The position numbers were made by a program, and so were the translations under genes. A DNA stretch of 64,000 nt from a candidate division FCPU426 bacterium (lineage in GTDB: Bacteria > Oederibacteriota > Muellerivitia > Muellerivitales > Muellerivitaceae), in assembly GCA_963847625.1 (NCBI GenBank), contig CAWKAR010000049.1, positions 44,061 to 108,060 on the forward strand, given 5' to 3'. A model generated the notes under the pieces. It searched no databases. It had not been told where the DNA came from and saw only the letters and a program-made list of their open reading frames with translations. Position 1 is the first letter of the stretch, and each line of letters begins with the position of its first letter. Of the stretch, positions 39,123 to 53,967 are shown piece by piece.

Positions 39123-42100
39123 ATGTTTCGCTTTATTTTTGAAACCGGTTTAAAACGCCTCCTTCGCCGCTTCGCAACACTTCTCGCCTGGATATTCCCG
39201 GTGGTTTTCCTCGGTACGGTTGGGGTTTCCCATCTTCATGCCCAAACCGACACGGTGGGCACTTCAAATTATTGTCCCACGGACCCTCCCACCCAATACA
39301 CCGGCATTGCCACTTGGTACAGCAGTCTAAACTCTTCCCCGGGTACTGGAAATTGCGCCTATCCAGCGGGTTCTTACGATCCCAATTATTATGTCGCCCT
39401 CAATTGGTCGGATTATGATAACGGGTCGGGCTGCGGGGCTTGTATCGCGGCGCATTACAACGCCAATTCAGTCACGGTCATGGTGGTGGACCAGTGCCCC
39501 TCGCCCTGCAATGTCCACCAACTCGATCTCGCCCCCCAGGCTTTCAACCAACTGGCCGCCACGGCCCTTGGTCAAATCGACATCACGTGGAACTATACTC
39601 AATGTCCCTCGAACCTCTTGATCGACAACAACTCCACCGGCAACATTACTTACGAATTCAAGTCGGGATGCAACCAATGGTACGCCCCCATTCAATTCAT
39701 GGATTACTTGTTCCCGATCATCTCCGTACAGGTCAGCAACAACGGCGGCGCCTATACCAGCCTATCCTTAATAACTTCTGACGCGGGGAACACAGAATAT
39801 TGGGGAGCCAAGTCAAACAACTACAACATGGGAACGGGTCCCTATTCCTTTATCCTCACCGACGCGCGGAATGATATCGTCACGATCGGCCCCGTTACAG
39901 AATGCAGTTACGTCGCTCCCACCAGCGCCGGCATAACCGGGGTTTTCGGCACGACCGGTGTGCAGTTCCCCGCTTGCGTAGCCGGTCCCACGAAAACGCC
40001 CGTTCCCACCAATACGATCACCCGTACCCCCACGCCCTCTTTTACTATAACGCCGTCTTCCCCGACGGCGACTTACTCTCCCTCACTCACCCCCACGGTG
40101 GGTTCCCCCACAGCGACGTTTACGATCACGCAGACACCCATCAGTTCAGGATGCACAGTCACCTCCGCCACCTTGACTTTTTTGGACGACGACCGCGCCG
40201 TTTTTTACATCAATGGAAACCTGATTACCAGTTGCGTCTCCAACGCTGGGTCTGGCGGGTCCGTCACCTGCTGGGGTGTCCCACAGACCTATGCTATTCC
40301 GCCGGCGACCCTGACTAGTTATTTATATAAAGGTCAAAACGTGATTGCCGTTGATACAAACGATATTTATTACAACAATTCCGGGGTCGCTTGGGACCTT
40401 CTGATCAACTATTCTTGCTGTCCAAGCCAGGAAATCATCAGCGATGGAACCAACACCCGGTTCTTATGGGTCGGGTCAACTTCCAGCCCGACGTATCCCG
40501 CGGGATGGGCCAATTTAGGTTACAACGACAGCTCATGGCCGACGACTTTTTGGATGTCCTCGACAAACCTTCCAATGGGCTATGGTACCGTTTTCACCTC
40601 GAACTTGGTCAGGGTCCCCTGGCTGTCTGGCACTCCTAACTTCGTCGGTTCCTATCAGGAGTATCTCTTCCGTCAAACCTTTAATATCGCAGGCCCCGGT
40701 TCTTCCTGTGCTTCGCCCACCCCCGTCCCGAACTTGACCATTCACAAGTCGATTTTGGGCCCGTCTACGGGCGTTACGTCCGGGCAAAATGTGACTTATG
40801 TGGTGAGCACTTGCAACGACGGGGGGCCGTTATCGGGACCGTTGACCGTGTCGGATAATCTTTATTACACATCCAGCGGCGGCAGTTTCGGTGAGAACGG
40901 ACTCTATTATTATAATTGGAATACTGGATCGGACGGTTCGGGACTTTATACGAACCCATTGTCCGGGCCCAATTTCTACGGGGATTACACCTCTTTCTAT
41001 TGGGTTTACCCCCTCGGTTTTCCGGGATACGGTATTTGTGATTCAGTCACGATTTTATGTTTGTCCTACTATATTTCCCCATCAGGGCCTTGCAGCGTCT
41101 TAAACAACGCTATCATGACCCGGTCCGGGGCCGCTGCCGTGACTTCCAACACGGTGGTATTTACGACCAATGCCGTATGCGGTTCAGTGACCCCTACCCT
41201 CTCGCCGACACCTACTCCCACTCCTACCCCCACGCCAACTCCGACACCCACACCCACCAGGACACCGACTCCGACGCCTACTATCACTCCCACTCCAACC
41301 CCAACACCGACGCCAACTAGGACCCCGACTCCTACACCCACCCCAACTCCGACACCCACTCCTACACCCACGCCGACTCCCACTCCGACGCCAACACCTA
41401 CACCAACGCCAACACCTACTCCGACACCGACCAGGACTCCGACTCCTACTCCTACGCCGACTCCGACACCTACACCCACTCCAACCCCAACTCCGACGCC
41501 AACTAGGACCCCGACTCCTACTCCCACCCCAACACCGACACCCACGCCAACACCTACACCGACCAGAACTCCGACTCCTACTCCTACGCCGACTCCGACA
41601 CCTACACCCACTCCAACCCCGACGCCAACACCTACTCCAACGCCAACTCCCACTCCGACACCGACAAGAACCCCGACACCTACACCCACACCCACTCCTA
41701 CTCCCACACCTACACCCACTCCAACCCCGACGCCAACACCCACACCAACTCCAACGCCAACACCGACACCCACGCCAACACCTACTCCGACACCGACCAG
41801 AACCCCGACACCTACACCCACTCCTACTCCCACACCTACACCCACTCCAACCCCGACGCCAACACCTACTCCAACCCCAACACCTACACCGACACCAACC
41901 AGGACTCCAACTCCTACCCCCACACCCACGCCAACACCAACACCTACTCCCACGCCGACTCCTACGCCTACCACGACCCCTACCCCTACGCCAACGAACA
42001 CTCCTACGAGAACGCCTACTCCCACCCCCACGCCGACTCCTACAACAACCCCAACACCCACACCTACCAATACCCCCACACCCACGCCGACTCCTACCCC

Positions 42101-45100
42101 GACTCCAACCCCGACGACAACCCCGACGACAACCCCGACCCCGACTCCCACGAATACGCCAACTAGGACGCCTACACCCACTCCAACCCCTACGCCCACT
42201 ACGACCCCTACCCCTACGCCAACGAACACCCCGACAAGAACGCCCACTCCAACCCCTACGCCCACCATCACTCCTACTCCGACCCCGACAAACACTCCAA
42301 CGATCACCCCCACACCGACCCCAAGCCCGACCGGGACAACATCTCCCACTGCAACCCCGACTAACACCCCCACAAGAACACCTACCCCCACCCCCACACC
42401 CACTCCCACCATTACACCCACACCCACGCCGACCAATACCCCTACGAACACGCCCACCAATACGCCAACCCCGACCCCCACGATAACCCCTACGCCAACT
42501 CCCACACCCACGCCCACGAGAACACCTACCCCCACACCCACGCCTACGCCCACCACTACACCCACCCCTACGCCCACCAATACCCCGACGCCCACGCCTA
42601 CTCCCACGCCGACTCCAACCCCCACGACAACGCCGACCCCGACTCCCACGAATACGCCCACGAAAACACCTACCCCCACACCCACTCCCACCACTACACC
42701 CACCCCTACACCAACCAATACCCCGACGCCCACGCCTACTCCCACGCCGACTCCGACCCCCACAACAACACCCACCCCCACACCCACCAATACACCCACA
42801 AGGACGCCCACTCCCACTCCGACCCCAAGCCCGACCGGGACGACATCTCCCACTGCAACCCCGACTAACACCCCCACAAGAACACCTACCCCCACTCCCA
42901 CGCCCACCATTACACCCACCCCCACGCCGACCAATACCCCGACCAACACGCCCACCAATACGCCAACCCCGACTCCAACGACAACACCCACCCCCACACC
43001 CACCAATACACCCACAAGGACTCCCACACCCACTCCGACACCCACACCCACAACTACACCCACTCCTACGCCGACCAATACACCGACGCCCACGTCTACT
43101 CCCACGCCGACTCCGACCCCCACAACAACACCCACCCCCACACCCACCAATACACCCACCAGAACGCCTACTCCCACTCCGACCCCTACGCCCACCATCA
43201 CCCCCACACCTACTCCTACCAACACGCCGACGAATACTCCCACACCGACCCCAAGTCCGACCGGGACGACATCCCCCACTGCAACCCCGACTAACACCCC
43301 CACGCCTACACCCACTCCTACTCCCACCACTACACCCACGCCGACCCCTACCGATACCCCGACGCCTTCCCCCACAAATACACCGACGCCGATCCCGGCG
43401 ACATCCACTCCTAGCTTCACGAACACACTCACATCGACTCCGACAAACACAGCGACCCCTACGCCTACCATCACTCCCACGCCTACGCCTACCAACACAC
43501 CGACGAACACTCTCACGCCAACCCCAAGCCCGACCGGAACGACATCTCCCACAGTAACCTCGACTAACACGCCCACAACTACACCCACTTCCACAGCAAC
43601 ACCCACGCCCACGATCACCTCAACATCCACGCCGACTCATACGCCAACCTTGACGCCAACACCAACAGTCACAAGCACGCTTACCAACACTCCGACGGCG
43701 ACTTCTACAAGAACTTCCACCCTGACGCCAACCCCAACCAACACCCCCCCATTCACTGCGACACCCACCTTCACCCCGACAGAAACTGACACCCCTACTA
43801 ATACCAACACGTTGACGGAAACTTACACTGCCACAAGCACCTACACGGCAACCGACACGAGGACAAACACCGATACGCCAACATCGACAGACACTCCCAC
43901 GAATACTTTCACCCCAACGCCGACATCCTCGCCCACGGACACCTGCACGGCCACCAGCACGAGAACTTGCACCAACACCCCTACCTTGACGTACACTCCC
44001 ACGAACACCAATACCCCAACACCGACCTCCTCATCCACGAACACCTGCACGGCCACCAACACGAGAACCAACACCAACACGCCTACGCCGACGAATACGC
44101 CCACAAATACCAATACCCCGACGCCGACCTTCACATTGACCAACACCTCCACGGCGACCAACACGAGAACAAGCACCAGCACTCTCACATCGACGAATAC
44201 ACCGACCCCCACTTCCACCCCTACGCTGACTTACACGCCCACAAATACGCCTACATTGACTCCTACCTTCACACCGACTCCTGCGGCGGTGGTGACGCTG
44301 CAAAAGCAGGAATCGGAGTCGGCTGGCACGTCAGGGGACCAGGTGACCTACACGCTGATGCTAAACGTGAGTAATAACACTGCGACTGGGCTGGTGGTGC
44401 AGGATGTCCTCCCTGCCAACTGCAGTTTCGTGACGTTCGGGGCCTCCCCGGCCAACACGTCGACTTCGCTGAATGTGACAGGAGGCGTGACGGTGATGAA
44501 TTGGGCTCTGCCCACCCTGGCACCGGGGAACTACCTTCTGACCTACATAGTTTCGATCAACAACTTCACGCAGGCGGGGCCGATCACGAACTGCGCGGTG
44601 ATGAGCGTTCCTGGGGTGCTTCCGCAGACGGCCTGTGCGATACTGCAGGTGACGGGGAGCTACACGGTGAAAGTGGGGGTGTACAACGAGGCGGGGGAAC
44701 TGGTGAAGGAACTGCTGGTGACGCAGTATTCCCAGCCTTTGGTGGACCTGCAATTGAAGAACGGGAACCTGATCAGCGGGCTGAACACGCCGGTGGCGAT
44801 CTACGACCTGAACACGCAAATCACGGTGTGGAACGGGACGGACCAGAACGGGAACCCGGTGCCCAACGGGGATTACTACGTGAAAGTGGACAATATCGAC
44901 TCCTTCGGGGCGGACAAGAGCGTGGTATTGAACGTGGTGGTGAGCCGTTCGCTGGAGAAAGTGACGATCGACATCTACAACGAGGCTGGGGAGATCGTGC
45001 AGGCGCTGTACAGCGTGGTGGAGGACCCGCAGGGGACGGTGATCACGGGGGTGAAGCTGTCAAGTACGGTGTTGGAGCCCGGGTCGCCGACGGACGGGAC

Positions 45101-45545
45101 GCTGGTAATCGCGACGAACAACGGGGTGACGACGGTGTGGGACGGGCACGGGTCGGGGGGGACGGTGGTACCCAACGGGAAATACTTCATCGAGGTTCAT
45201 TCCACGAGCGGGACGGGCGGGGAAACTGTGATCGTCACGTCGGTGGTGGTGGTGAACAATGGGAAACTGGCCGTGCCGAAGGTCTGGGCTTACCCGAACC
45301 CGGTGACGGGCGGAACGAGGCTGGTGACATTCAAGGGATCGTCGGCAGGGGTGAAGCTGACGGTAAAGATCTACGACGTGGCGGGTGAGCTGGTGACGGA
45401 GCTTCAAGGGGCGGGCGGGACAAGCCAGGTGACTTGGAACACGGCGGGAATCGCCAGCGGGCTGTACATCGCCAAAACCGAGCTGAGGGACACCAACGGG
45501 TACCTGGTCGCCAGGCAGACCCTCAAGGTTTCCATATTGCAATAA
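39123..45545 (+). CDS. Expansin-like (EXLX: DPBB + CBM63) protein with beta-sandwich domains, ~1000-aa PT stalk, DUF11-like and FlgD-Ig/CTD tail
   Basis: GIATWY…GNCAY…YVALN…GCGAC…VVDQCP…LDLAPQAF (DPBB), [16 protein letters not shown] (CBM63-like). (PT)n at about 41190-44280. Tail has [22 protein letters not shown] and ASGLYI. Confidence 0.9.
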   Translation: MFRFIFETGLKRLLRRFATLLAWIFPVVFLGTVGVSHLHAQTDTVGTSNYCPTDPPTQYTGIATWYSSLNSSPGTGNCAYPAGSYDPNYYVALNWSDYDNGSGCGACIAAHYNANSVTVMVVDQCPSPCNVHQLDLAPQAFNQLAATALGQIDITWNYTQCPSNLLIDNNSTGNITYEFKSGCNQWYAPIQFMDYLFPIISVQVSNNGGAYTSLSLITSDAGNTEYWGAKSNNYNMGTGPYSFILTDARNDIVTIGPVTECSYVAPTSAGITGVFGTTGVQFPACVAGPTKTPVPTNTITRTPTPSFTITPSSPTATYSPSLTPTVGSPTATFTITQTPISSGCTVTSATLTFLDDDRAVFYINGNLITSCVSNAGSGGSVTCWGVPQTYAIPPATLTSYLYKGQNVIAVDTNDIYYNNSGVAWDLLINYSCCPSQEIISDGTNTRFLWVGSTSSPTYPAGWANLGYNDSSWPTTFWMSSTNLPMGYGTVFTSNLVRVPWLSGTPNFVGSYQEYLFRQTFNIAGPGSSCASPTPVPNLTIHKSILGPSTGVTSGQNVTYVVSTCNDGGPLSGPLTVSDNLYYTSSGGSFGENGLYYYNWNTGSDGSGLYTNPLSGPNFYGDYTSFYWVYPLGFPGYGICDSVTILCLSYYISPSGPCSVLNNAIMTRSGAAAVTSNTVVFTTNAVCGSVTPTLSPTPTPTPTPTPTPTPTPTRTPTPTPTITPTPTPTPTPTRTPTPTPTPTPTPTPTPTPTPTPTPTPTPTPTPTPTPTRTPTPTPTPTPTPTPTPTPTPTPTRTPTPTPTPTPTPTPTPTPTRTPTPTPTPTPTPTPTPTPTPTPTPTPTPTPTPTRTPTPTPTPTPTPTPTPTPTPTPTPTPTPTPTPTPTPTPTPTPTRTPTPTPTPTPTPTPTPTPTPTPTPTPTPTPTPTRTPTPTPTPTPTPTPTPTPTPTPTTTPTPTPTNTPTRTPTPTPTPTPTTTPTPTPTNTPTPTPTPTPTPTPTTTPTTTPTPTPTNTPTRTPTPTPTPTPTTTPTPTPTNTPTRTPTPTPTPTITPTPTPTNTPTITPTPTPSPTGTTSPTATPTNTPTRTPTPTPTPTPTITPTPTPTNTPTNTPTNTPTPTPTITPTPTPTPTPTRTPTPTPTPTPTTTPTPTPTNTPTPTPTPTPTPTPTTTPTPTPTNTPTKTPTPTPTPTTTPTPTPTNTPTPTPTPTPTPTPTTTPTPTPTNTPTRTPTPTPTPSPTGTTSPTATPTNTPTRTPTPTPTPTITPTPTPTNTPTNTPTNTPTPTPTTTPTPTPTNTPTRTPTPTPTPTPTTTPTPTPTNTPTPTSTPTPTPTPTTTPTPTPTNTPTRTPTPTPTPTPTITPTPTPTNTPTNTPTPTPSPTGTTSPTATPTNTPTPTPTPTPTTTPTPTPTDTPTPSPTNTPTPIPATSTPSFTNTLTSTPTNTATPTPTITPTPTPTNTPTNTLTPTPSPTGTTSPTVTSTNTPTTTPTSTATPTPTITSTSTPTHTPTLTPTPTVTSTLTNTPTATSTRTSTLTPTPTNTPPFTATPTFTPTETDTPTNTNTLTETYTATSTYTATDTRTNTDTPTSTDTPTNTFTPTPTSSPTDTCTATSTRTCTNTPTLTYTPTNTNTPTPTSSSTNTCTATNTRTNTNTPTPTNTPTNTNTPTPTFTLTNTSTATNTRTSTSTLTSTNTPTPTSTPTLTYTPTNTPTLTPTFTPTPAAVVTLQKQESESAGTSGDQVTYTLMLNVSNNTATGLVVQDVLPANCSFVTFGASPANTSTSLNVTGGVTVMNWALPTLAPGNYLLTYIVSINNFTQAGPITNCAVMSVPGVLPQTACAILQVTGSYTVKVGVYNEAGELVKELLVTQYSQPLVDLQLKNGNLISGLNTPVAIYDLNTQITVWNGTDQNGNPVPNGDYYVKVDNIDSFGADKSVVLNVVVSRSLEKVTIDIYNEAGEIVQALYSVVEDPQGTVITGVKLSSTVLEPGSPTDGTLVIATNNGVTTVWDGHGSGGTVVPNGKYFIEVHSTSGTGGETVIVTSVVVVNNGKLAVPKVWAYPNPVTGGTRLVTFKGSSAGVKLTVKIYDVAGELVTELQGAGGTSQVTWNTAGIASGLYIAKTELRDTNGYLVARQTLKVSILQ

Positions 45546-45551
45546 ACCTGC
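43308..45551 (+). repeat. C-terminal module copy 1 (near-identical to 50584-52827; 3' part also inverted at 62971-64000)
   Basis: Constant 7276-bp offset to copy 2. Identity extends 6 nt past the stop (TAA ACCTGC). Confidence 0.9.
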
Positions 45552-45921
45552 GATTTGAAAATGAATTCCTGCTGTTACCGCCCATTTATCAAAAAATTGG
45601 TAATAATCTTTTTAATTCGCTGATTTTTTATCTATTTGCTTGAAATATGGTCGTTTACCTGCCCCATAAACACATTGAATTAAAACGCTATTCCCCATGC
45701 AACAAAACAGCTTATTTCGGAGTGTCCGCCTTGATAAAAGCGATTTTGGCCGGGAAAATCTTAATAAGGAACTCTTTAATTCAATACATCTACTTAATGA
45801 GCATTTTTATTGCACGTTACACCAATATTTAAGGTGGTAAATTTTTTTCATATGAAATGAAACCGTTTTCAGCCGGTTAAATCCCTTTCGCAATAGAGTC
45901 GGTTAGTGTGTTTGAAAGCTG

Positions 45922-48900
45922 GTGCAGTCCATGAATCACAAATGGGAAAAAAGGCCCCTGGGGGTTTTCGTTTTAATCCTCTCCATGGTCAAGATCAAAT
46001 CCGTTCCCAAACCGCCACGCCATCCCCGGTTTGTGAAGCTTCTTGCCTGGTTGTACCCGGTGATTCTCCTCGGCATGGTTGGGATTTCCCCTCTTCACGC
46101 CCAAACCATAGGCAGTTCAAAATATTGCCCGGACGATCCTCCCACCCAATTCACCGGCATCGCCACCTGGTACAGCAGCCTAAATTCTTCTCCAGGCACC
46201 GGAAACTGCGCCTATCCAGCAGGCTCTTATGATCCCAATTATTACGTCGCACTCAATTGGTCGGATTATGAAAACGGGTTGGGCTGTGGGGCCTGTATCG
46301 CGGCACATTACAACGCCAATTCGGTCACGGTCATGGTGGTGGACCAGTGTCCCGCGCCTTGCAATGTCCACCAACTCGACCTCGCGCCCCAGGCTTTCAA
46401 CCAACTGGCTGCCACGGCGCTCGGCCAAATCAACATCACGTGGAACTATGTCCAATGTCCCTCGAGTCTCTTGATCGACAACAACCCCACCGGGAACATT
46501 ACCTACGAATTTAAATCAGGATGCAACCAGTGGTATGCCCCCATCCAATTCATGGATTACTTGTTCCCGATCGCCTCCGTGCAGGTCAGCGATAACGGCG
46601 GGGCTTATTCCAGCCTGTCCTTGATCACGTCCGACGCGGGGAACACAGAATATTGGGGAGCCAAGTCAAACAATTACAACATGGGAGCGGGTCCCTATGA
46701 GTTTATCCTCACCGACGTTCGGGGCGATTCCGTCACGATCGGCCCTGTTACGGAATGCAGTTATGTTGCTCCCACCAGCGCCGGCATAACCGGGGTTTTC
46801 GGCACGACCGGGGCGCAATTCGCAGCCTGCGTGTTAGGCCCCACATATACGCCCACTTTAAGCCCGACCATTACCCGTTCCCGCACGCCCACCCTCACCA
46901 ACACTCCCGGTTCCCCCACTGCGACACCCACGTCCACGCGCACACCCACCCCAGGTTCGCCCACAGCGACTTTTACCATCACGCCCACCAGCAACCTCTC
47001 GGGATGCGGTGTTGCTTCCTCGGGCATCTGCGTGGGGGTTGACGACGAGGCTTATGTGTGGATCAACGGGCACCCCTTGAACGGCGGAAACCCCATGAGC
47101 GTTCAAATCCCCTATGGAAATCCAGTCTCCTGCTTCACCATCCCCCTCAGCGACCTTGTTCCCGGGGCCAATCTCATCGCCATCCAAGCCTTTAATATGG
47201 CCACCTTCTACAACTGGGCCACTTGGGCCTTGAACATCACGATGAACAATGGTTCCTCGGCCTACGTCAGCAGCAATAGCGGCGGCATTTTCATGTACAA
47301 CCAGCCCGTGGCAAACGGGCCACCCCCGCCCAGTGACGGCAACGGCGTAACCTGGTACGATCCGGCTTATACGGGGGGCACCTCCGGCAACGGTTGGGGC
47401 GCCGCCTTTCCCGTTACTTACGTGCCCGCCTTTTGGCTGCAAAACGGGATTGATCCCGTGACGGGCGCGCCACTCCCCCCCCTCGGGGCGGATATGGACG
47501 GAGGGAATGGGACCAGCACTCCCGCCACCCTTCAAGGTCAGGCAGCCAATGCGTCCCTTTACTTCCGGCAGACCTTTAACATCCCCAATGTTTGTCCCAC
47601 CTCCACTCCAGTCCCGCATATCACCATCACCAAGTCAATCCTGGGATCCCCGGTGGGGGTCGGTGCCAACCAGCCAGTGACCTACGTAGTGAAAACCTGC
47701 AATACCGGCGGACCGGTTTCGGGGCCAGTCACCGTGGGGGACACCCTTTTCTTTACCTCCAGTGCCGGAAATCCTTTCTACTTGACCAACATTTGTTACA
47801 AGACCTGGTTTAACGGGACCACCAATTGCGGCTATGGATTCACAAATCCCCCCGACGGGCCCAACGCTTTTGGGTCCAGCTCGGCGATATCCTGGGCTTA
47901 CCCCATCGGGTTCCCGGGATACGGGTTTTGCGACTCGGTCACCCTGACCATCGAGAGTTATTCAACAGGAGGGCCCTGCAGCGTCCTCAACAACGCCGTG
48001 CTCACCGCCACTAGTATCGGCCCCATCACCTCCAATACGGTGAGTTTCAGCACAAATAACACCGTTTGTTCCCCCGTCCCGACGCCTACTCCCACACCCA
48101 CACCTACTCCCACACCTACACCCACGCCTACTCCCACGCCGACTCCCACACCAACTCCGACACCTACTCCCACTCCTACCCCCACGCCGACTCCGACACC
48201 CACACCCACCAGGACACCGACTCCGACGCCTACTATCACTCCCACTCCGACGCCAACACCGACGCCAACTAGGACCCCGACTCCTACTCCCACCCCAACT
48301 CCGACACCCACTCCTACACCCACGCCGACTCCCACTCCCACTCCGACGCCAACTAGGACCCCGACTCCTACTCCCACCCCAACTCCGACACCCACTCCTA
48401 CACCCACGCCGACTCCCACTCCGACGCCAACACCGACGCCAACTAGGACCCCGACTCCTACTCCCACCCCAACTCCGACACCCACTCCTACACCCACGCC
48501 GACTCCCACTCCCACTCCGACGCCAACACCTACTCCGACACCGACCAGAACCCCGACTCCTACTCCTACGCCGACTCCGACACCTACACCCACTCCAACC
48601 CCAACTCCAACCCCAACACCGACACCCACGCCAACACCTACACCGACCAGAACTCCGACTCCTACTCCTACGCCGACTCCGACACCTACACCCACTCCAA
48701 CCCCAACTCCAACCCCAACACCTACTCCAACCTCAACACCTACACCGACACCGACAAGAACCCCGACACCTACACCCACACCCACTCCTACTCCCACACC
48801 TACACCCACTCCAACCCCGACGCCAACACCCACACCAACTCCAACGCCAACTCCAACGCCAACACCGACACCAACCAGGACTCCAACTCCTACCCCCACA

Positions 48901-51900
48901 CCCACGCCAACACCAACACCTACTCCCACTCCTACGCCAACACCTACTCCAACCTCAACACCTACACCGACACCGACAAGAACCCCGACACCTACACCCA
49001 CACCCACTCCTACTCCCACACCTACACCCACTCCAACCCCGACGCCAACACCTACTCCAACCCCAACACCTACACCGACACCAACCAGGACTCCAACTCC
49101 TACCCCCACACCCACGCCAACACCAACACCTACTCCCACGCCGACTCCTACGCCTACCACGACCCCTACCCCTACGCCAACGAACACTCCTACGAGAACG
49201 CCTACTCCCACCCCCACGCCGACTCCTACCCCGACTCCAACCCCGACGACAACGCCGACCCCGACTCCCACGAATACGCCAACTAGGACGCCTACACCCA
49301 CTCCAACCCCTACGCCCACTACGACCCCTACCCCTACGCCAACGAACACCCCGACAAGAACGCCCACTCCCACTCCAACCTCTACACCCACCATCACTCC
49401 TACTCCGACCCCGACAAACACTCCAACGATCACCCCCACACCGACACCAAGCCCGACCGGGACAACATCTCCCACTGCAACCCCGACTAACACCCCCACA
49501 AGAACACCTACCCCCACCCCCACACCCACTCCCACCATTACACCCACACCCACGCCGACCAATACCCCTACGAACACGCCCACCAATACGCCAACCCCGA
49601 CCCCCACGATAACCCCTACGCCAACTCCCACACCCACGCCCACGAGAACACCTACCCCCACACCCACGCCTACGCCCACCAATACCCCGACGCCCACGCC
49701 TACTCCCACGCCGACTCCAACCCCCACGACAACGCCGACCCCGACTCCCACGAATACGCCCACGAAAACACCTACCCCCACACCCACACCCACTCCCACC
49801 ACTACACCCACCCCTACGCCAACCAATACCCCGACGCCCACGTCTACTCCCACGCCGACTCCGACCCCCACGACAACACCCACCCCCACACCCACCAATA
49901 CACCCACAAGGACGCCCACTCCCACTCCGACCCCTACGCCCACCATCACCCCCACGCCTACTCCTACCAACACGCCGACGAATACTCCCACACCGACCCC
50001 AAGTCCGACCGGGACGACATCTCCCACTGCAACCCCGACTAACACCCCCACAAGAACACCTACCCCCACCCCCACTCCCACGCCCACCATTACACCCACC
50101 CCCACTCCGACCAATACCCCGACCAACACGCCCACAAACACGCCGACTCCAACCCCAACGACAACGCCAACCCCGACTCCGACTAACACGCCCACGAGAA
50201 CACCTACCCCCACACCCACACCCACTCCCATCACTACACCCACCCCTACGCCAACCAATACCCCGACGCCCACGTCTACTCCCACGCCGACTCCGACCCC
50301 CACAACAACACCCACCCCCACACCCACCAATACACCCACCAGAACGCCTACTCCCACTCCGACCCCTACGCCCACCATCACCCCCACACCTACTCCTACC
50401 AACACGCCGACGAATACTCCCACACCGACCCCAAGTCCGACCGGGACGACATCCCCCACTGCAACCCCGACTAACACCCCCACGCCTACACCCACTCCCA
50501 CGGCAACACCCACGCCCACGATCACCCCAACACCTACACCAACCAATACCCCGACGCCCACGCCCACGAGAACACCTACTCCCACACCCACTCCTACTCC
50601 CACCACTACACCCACGCCGACCCCTACCGATACCCCGACGCCTTCCCCCACAAATACACCGACGCCGATCCCGGCGACATCCACTCCTAGCTTCACGAAC
50701 ACACTCACATCGACTCCGACAAACACAGCGACCCCTACGCCTACCATCACTCCCACGCCTACGCCTACCAACACACCGACGAACACTCTCACGCCAACCC
50801 CAAGCCCGACCGGAACGACATCTCCCACAGTAACCTCGACTAACACGCCCACAACTACACCCACTTCCACAGCAACACCCACGCCCACGATCACCTCAAC
50901 ATCCACGCCGACTCATACGCCAACCTTGACGCCAACACCAACAGTCACAAGCACGCTTACCAACACTCCGACGGCGACTTCTACAAGAACTTCCACCCTG
51001 ACGCCAACCCCAACCAACACCCCCCCATTCACTGCGACACCCACCTTCACCCCGACAGAAACTGACACCCCTACTAATACCAACACGTTGACGGAAACTT
51101 ACACTGCCACAAGCACCTACACGGCAACCGACACGAGGACAAACACCGATACGCCAACATCGACAGACACTCCCACGAATACTTTCACCCCAACGCCGAC
51201 ATCCTCGCCCACGGACACCTGCACGGCCACCAGCACGAGAACTTGCACCAACACCCCTACCTTGACGTACACTCCCACGAACACCAATACCCCAACACCG
51301 ACCCCCTCATCCACGAACACCTGCACGGCCACCAACACGAGAACCAACACCAACACGCCTACGCCGACGAATACGCCCACAAATACCAATACCCCGACGC
51401 CGACCTTCACATTGACCAACACCTCCACGGCGACCAACACGAGAACAAGCACCAGCACTCTCACATCGACGAATACACCGACCCCCACTTCCACCCCTAC
51501 GCTGACTTACACGCCCACAAATACGCCTACATTGACTCCTACCTTCACACCGACTCCTGCGGCGGTGGTGACGCTGCAAAAGCAGGAATCGGAGTCGGCT
51601 GGCACGTCAGGGGACCAGGTGACCTACACGCTGATGCTAAACGTGAGTAATAACACTGCGACTGGGCTGGTGGTGCAGGATGTCCTCCCTGCCAACTGCA
51701 GTTTCGTGACGTTCGGGACCTCCCCGGCCAACACGTCGACTTCGCTGAATGTGACAGGAGGCGTGACGGTGATGAATTGGGCTCTGCCCACCCTGGCACC
51801 GGGGAACTACCTTCTGACCTACATAGTTTCGATCAACAACTTCACGCAGGCGGGGCCGATCACGAACTGCGCGGTAATGAGCGTTCCTGGGGCGCTTCCG

Positions 51901-52821
51901 CAGACGGCCTGTGCGATACTGCAGGTGACGGGGAGCTACACGGTGAAAGTGGGGGTGTACAACGAGGCGGGGGAACTGGTGAAGGAACTGCTGGTGACGC
52001 AGTATTCCCAGCCTTTGGTGGACCTGCAATTGAAGAACGGGAACCTGATCAGCGGGCTGAACACGCCGGTGGCGATCTACGACCTGAACACGCAAATCAC
52101 GGTGTGGAACGGGACGGACCAGAACGGGAACCCGGTGCCCAACGGGGATTACTACGTGAAAGTGGACAATATCGACTCGTTCGGGGCGGACAAGAGCGTG
52201 GTATTGAACGTGGTGGTGAGCCGTTCGCTGGAGAAAGTGACGATCGACATCTACAACGAGGCTGGGGAGCTCGTGCGGGAGCTGTACAGTGTGGTGGAGG
52301 ACCCGCAGGGGGCGGTGGTCACGGGAGTGAAGCTGTCGGGCACGGCATTGGAACCGGGGTCGCCGACAGACGGGACCCTGGTCATCACGATCAATAACGG
52401 GGTAACGGCGGTGTGGGACGGGCGGGCGTCGGGCGGGACGGTGGTGCCCAACGGTAAATACTTCATCGAGGTTCATTCCACGAGCGGGACGGGCGGGGAA
52501 ACTGTGATCGTCACGTCGGTGGTGGTGGTGAACAATGGGAAACTGGCCGCACCGAAGGTCTGGGCTTACCCGAACCCGGTGACGGGCGGAACGAGGCTGG
52601 TGACATTCAAGGGATCGTCGGCAGGGGTGAAGCTGACGGTAAAGATCTACGACGTGGCGGGTGAGCTGGTGACGGAGCTTCAAGGGGCGGGCGGGACAAG
52701 CCAGGTGACTTGGAACACGGCGGGAATCGCCAGCGGGCTGTACATCGCCAAAACCGAGCTGAGGGACACCAACGGGTACCTGGTCGCCAGGCAGACCCTC
52801 AAGGTTTCCATATTGCAATAA
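45922..52821 (+). CDS. Paralogous stalked expansin-like protein with different middle domains
   Basis: Same expansin head, a diverged [12 protein letters not shown] domain, PT stalk at about 48075-51558, and a near-identical tail. The start may be ATG 45931 or later. Confidence 0.9.
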   Translation: MQSMNHKWEKRPLGVFVLILSMVKIKSVPKPPRHPRFVKLLAWLYPVILLGMVGISPLHAQTIGSSKYCPDDPPTQFTGIATWYSSLNSSPGTGNCAYPAGSYDPNYYVALNWSDYENGLGCGACIAAHYNANSVTVMVVDQCPAPCNVHQLDLAPQAFNQLAATALGQINITWNYVQCPSSLLIDNNPTGNITYEFKSGCNQWYAPIQFMDYLFPIASVQVSDNGGAYSSLSLITSDAGNTEYWGAKSNNYNMGAGPYEFILTDVRGDSVTIGPVTECSYVAPTSAGITGVFGTTGAQFAACVLGPTYTPTLSPTITRSRTPTLTNTPGSPTATPTSTRTPTPGSPTATFTITPTSNLSGCGVASSGICVGVDDEAYVWINGHPLNGGNPMSVQIPYGNPVSCFTIPLSDLVPGANLIAIQAFNMATFYNWATWALNITMNNGSSAYVSSNSGGIFMYNQPVANGPPPPSDGNGVTWYDPAYTGGTSGNGWGAAFPVTYVPAFWLQNGIDPVTGAPLPPLGADMDGGNGTSTPATLQGQAANASLYFRQTFNIPNVCPTSTPVPHITITKSILGSPVGVGANQPVTYVVKTCNTGGPVSGPVTVGDTLFFTSSAGNPFYLTNICYKTWFNGTTNCGYGFTNPPDGPNAFGSSSAISWAYPIGFPGYGFCDSVTLTIESYSTGGPCSVLNNAVLTATSIGPITSNTVSFSTNNTVCSPVPTPTPTPTPTPTPTPTPTPTPTPTPTPTPTPTPTPTPTPTPTPTRTPTPTPTITPTPTPTPTPTRTPTPTPTPTPTPTPTPTPTPTPTPTPTRTPTPTPTPTPTPTPTPTPTPTPTPTPTPTRTPTPTPTPTPTPTPTPTPTPTPTPTPTPTPTPTRTPTPTPTPTPTPTPTPTPTPTPTPTPTPTPTPTRTPTPTPTPTPTPTPTPTPTPTPTPTPTSTPTPTPTRTPTPTPTPTPTPTPTPTPTPTPTPTPTPTPTPTPTPTPTRTPTPTPTPTPTPTPTPTPTPTPTPTSTPTPTPTRTPTPTPTPTPTPTPTPTPTPTPTPTPTPTPTPTPTRTPTPTPTPTPTPTPTPTPTPTPTTTPTPTPTNTPTRTPTPTPTPTPTPTPTPTTTPTPTPTNTPTRTPTPTPTPTPTTTPTPTPTNTPTRTPTPTPTSTPTITPTPTPTNTPTITPTPTPSPTGTTSPTATPTNTPTRTPTPTPTPTPTITPTPTPTNTPTNTPTNTPTPTPTITPTPTPTPTPTRTPTPTPTPTPTNTPTPTPTPTPTPTPTTTPTPTPTNTPTKTPTPTPTPTPTTTPTPTPTNTPTPTSTPTPTPTPTTTPTPTPTNTPTRTPTPTPTPTPTITPTPTPTNTPTNTPTPTPSPTGTTSPTATPTNTPTRTPTPTPTPTPTITPTPTPTNTPTNTPTNTPTPTPTTTPTPTPTNTPTRTPTPTPTPTPITTPTPTPTNTPTPTSTPTPTPTPTTTPTPTPTNTPTRTPTPTPTPTPTITPTPTPTNTPTNTPTPTPSPTGTTSPTATPTNTPTPTPTPTATPTPTITPTPTPTNTPTPTPTRTPTPTPTPTPTTTPTPTPTDTPTPSPTNTPTPIPATSTPSFTNTLTSTPTNTATPTPTITPTPTPTNTPTNTLTPTPSPTGTTSPTVTSTNTPTTTPTSTATPTPTITSTSTPTHTPTLTPTPTVTSTLTNTPTATSTRTSTLTPTPTNTPPFTATPTFTPTETDTPTNTNTLTETYTATSTYTATDTRTNTDTPTSTDTPTNTFTPTPTSSPTDTCTATSTRTCTNTPTLTYTPTNTNTPTPTPSSTNTCTATNTRTNTNTPTPTNTPTNTNTPTPTFTLTNTSTATNTRTSTSTLTSTNTPTPTSTPTLTYTPTNTPTLTPTFTPTPAAVVTLQKQESESAGTSGDQVTYTLMLNVSNNTATGLVVQDVLPANCSFVTFGTSPANTSTSLNVTGGVTVMNWALPTLAPGNYLLTYIVSINNFTQAGPITNCAVMSVPGALPQTACAILQVTGSYTVKVGVYNEAGELVKELLVTQYSQPLVDLQLKNGNLISGLNTPVAIYDLNTQITVWNGTDQNGNPVPNGDYYVKVDNIDSFGADKSVVLNVVVSRSLEKVTIDIYNEAGELVRELYSVVEDPQGAVVTGVKLSGTALEPGSPTDGTLVITINNGVTAVWDGRASGGTVVPNGKYFIEVHSTSGTGGETVIVTSVVVVNNGKLAAPKVWAYPNPVTGGTRLVTFKGSSAGVKLTVKIYDVAGELVTELQGAGGTSQVTWNTAGIASGLYIAKTELRDTNGYLVARQTLKVSILQ

Positions 52822-52827
52822 ACCTGC
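50584..52827 (+). repeat. C-terminal module copy 2
   Basis: Matches 43308-45551 except for scattered SNPs and a divergent patch at about 52270-52456. Confidence 0.9.
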
Positions 52828-52857
52828 ATTTCCTCCGTTTCTACTATTCCCCGGAAA

Positions 52858-53967
52858 TTATTTGGCCATGGCGGCTTTAACCTTTGTCACATGGCGCACC
52901 CATGGCAGTTTTGTGGTTTGTGCCGGAACCGCCTTCCCCCGGATTTCAACCGATAAAGTTTTATCCAGGTATTCCTTCCTTACATAAGCCAACGCGATCC
53001 CCTTTTTTAAAGTGGGAGAGAAAACCCCGCTGGTGACCTCACCCACCTCCCGGCCTTCCGACACCACCTTGTAATGTTGACGGGGGATGGCCTGGCCTTC
53101 CAAGGTGAGGCCGACAAGCTTGCGGGCGGGTTTGAGGTTTAGGGCTTCCTTCCCGAAAAATCCGCCTTCTTTTTCCATTTTAACCGCCCATCCCAAGCCC
53201 GCCTCAAAAGGCTGGGTGGTTTCGTCAATGTCGTTTCCATGCAACGGTAAGCCCGCTTCCAATCGCAGAGAGTCCCGGGCCCCTAATCCGCAGGGGGTCA
53301 CCTCTTTTTGCGAAACGAGCAAATCCCAAATCAAGGGCGCGTCCTTCTCATCCATCAGCAACTCGTAACCATCCTCGCCGGTATAACCGGTGGCCATGAT
53401 GATAAGAGGTTTCCCTTGGATGCTTCCCCGGCCAAAACCGAAATAAGGTATTTCATCGAGGCTAACATCCTTCACCCATGATTTCAGGACTCCATGGGCC
53501 TTGGGTCCCTGCAAGGCGATAAAACCCGTCTGGTCGGAAAGCACATCAATCACCAGGTTCCTGCCCTTGGCGAGTTTTTGGAGATGGCTGACATCCACGT
53601 CTCTTCCACCCGCGTTGATGATCCAAAGAAACCGGTCATCGGATTCCTTGTAAACAATGACATCGTCGATAATTCCTCCCTTTTCGTTCAAGAGAAACCC
53701 ATATTGGGCGCTGCCGGAGGGGGTCTTGGAAAGATCGTTGGTAAAGGCGAATTGGCAAAAAGAAAAGGCTTGGGGCCCGTGAACTCGGAGTCTTCCCATG
53801 TGGGTGATATTAAAAAGGCCCGCCCCTGTTCGTGTGGCCTCGTGTTCACACAGGATTCCCTTGGAATAGGAAACCGGCATGAGCCAACCGTGGAAATCCA
53901 CTAATTTAGCGCCATGATCCTGGTCCCACTTTAAGCAGAATGTTTCTCGCATGGACGGCCTTTTCAT
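52858..53967 (-). CDS. gcvT: Glycine cleavage system T protein (aminomethyltransferase)
   Basis: FHGWLMPVSY, GGIIDD, TGYTGEDGYE, GLGARDSLRLEAG. Confidence 0.96.
   Translation of the reverse strand: MKRPSMRETFCLKWDQDHGAKLVDFHGWLMPVSYSKGILCEHEATRTGAGLFNITHMGRLRVHGPQAFSFCQFAFTNDLSKTPSGSAQYGFLLNEKGGIIDDVIVYKESDDRFLWIINAGGRDVDVSHLQKLAKGRNLVIDVLSDQTGFIALQGPKAHGVLKSWVKDVSLDEIPYFGFGRGSIQGKPLIIMATGYTGEDGYELLMDEKDAPLIWDLLVSQKEVTPCGLGARDSLRLEAGLPLHGNDIDETTQPFEAGLGWAVKMEKEGGFFGKEALNLKPARKLVGLTLEGQAIPRQHYKVVSEGREVGEVTSGVFSPTLKKGIALAYVRKEYLDKTLSVEIRGKAVPAQTTKLPWVRHVTKVKAAMAK

Noticed and set aside
41069..50906. Long minus-strand (VG)n ORFs (41069-43630, 47958-50906, and similar ones at 35495-38584)
   Set aside because: These are antisense shadows of Pro/Thr codons, whose reverse complements cannot form stops in that frame.
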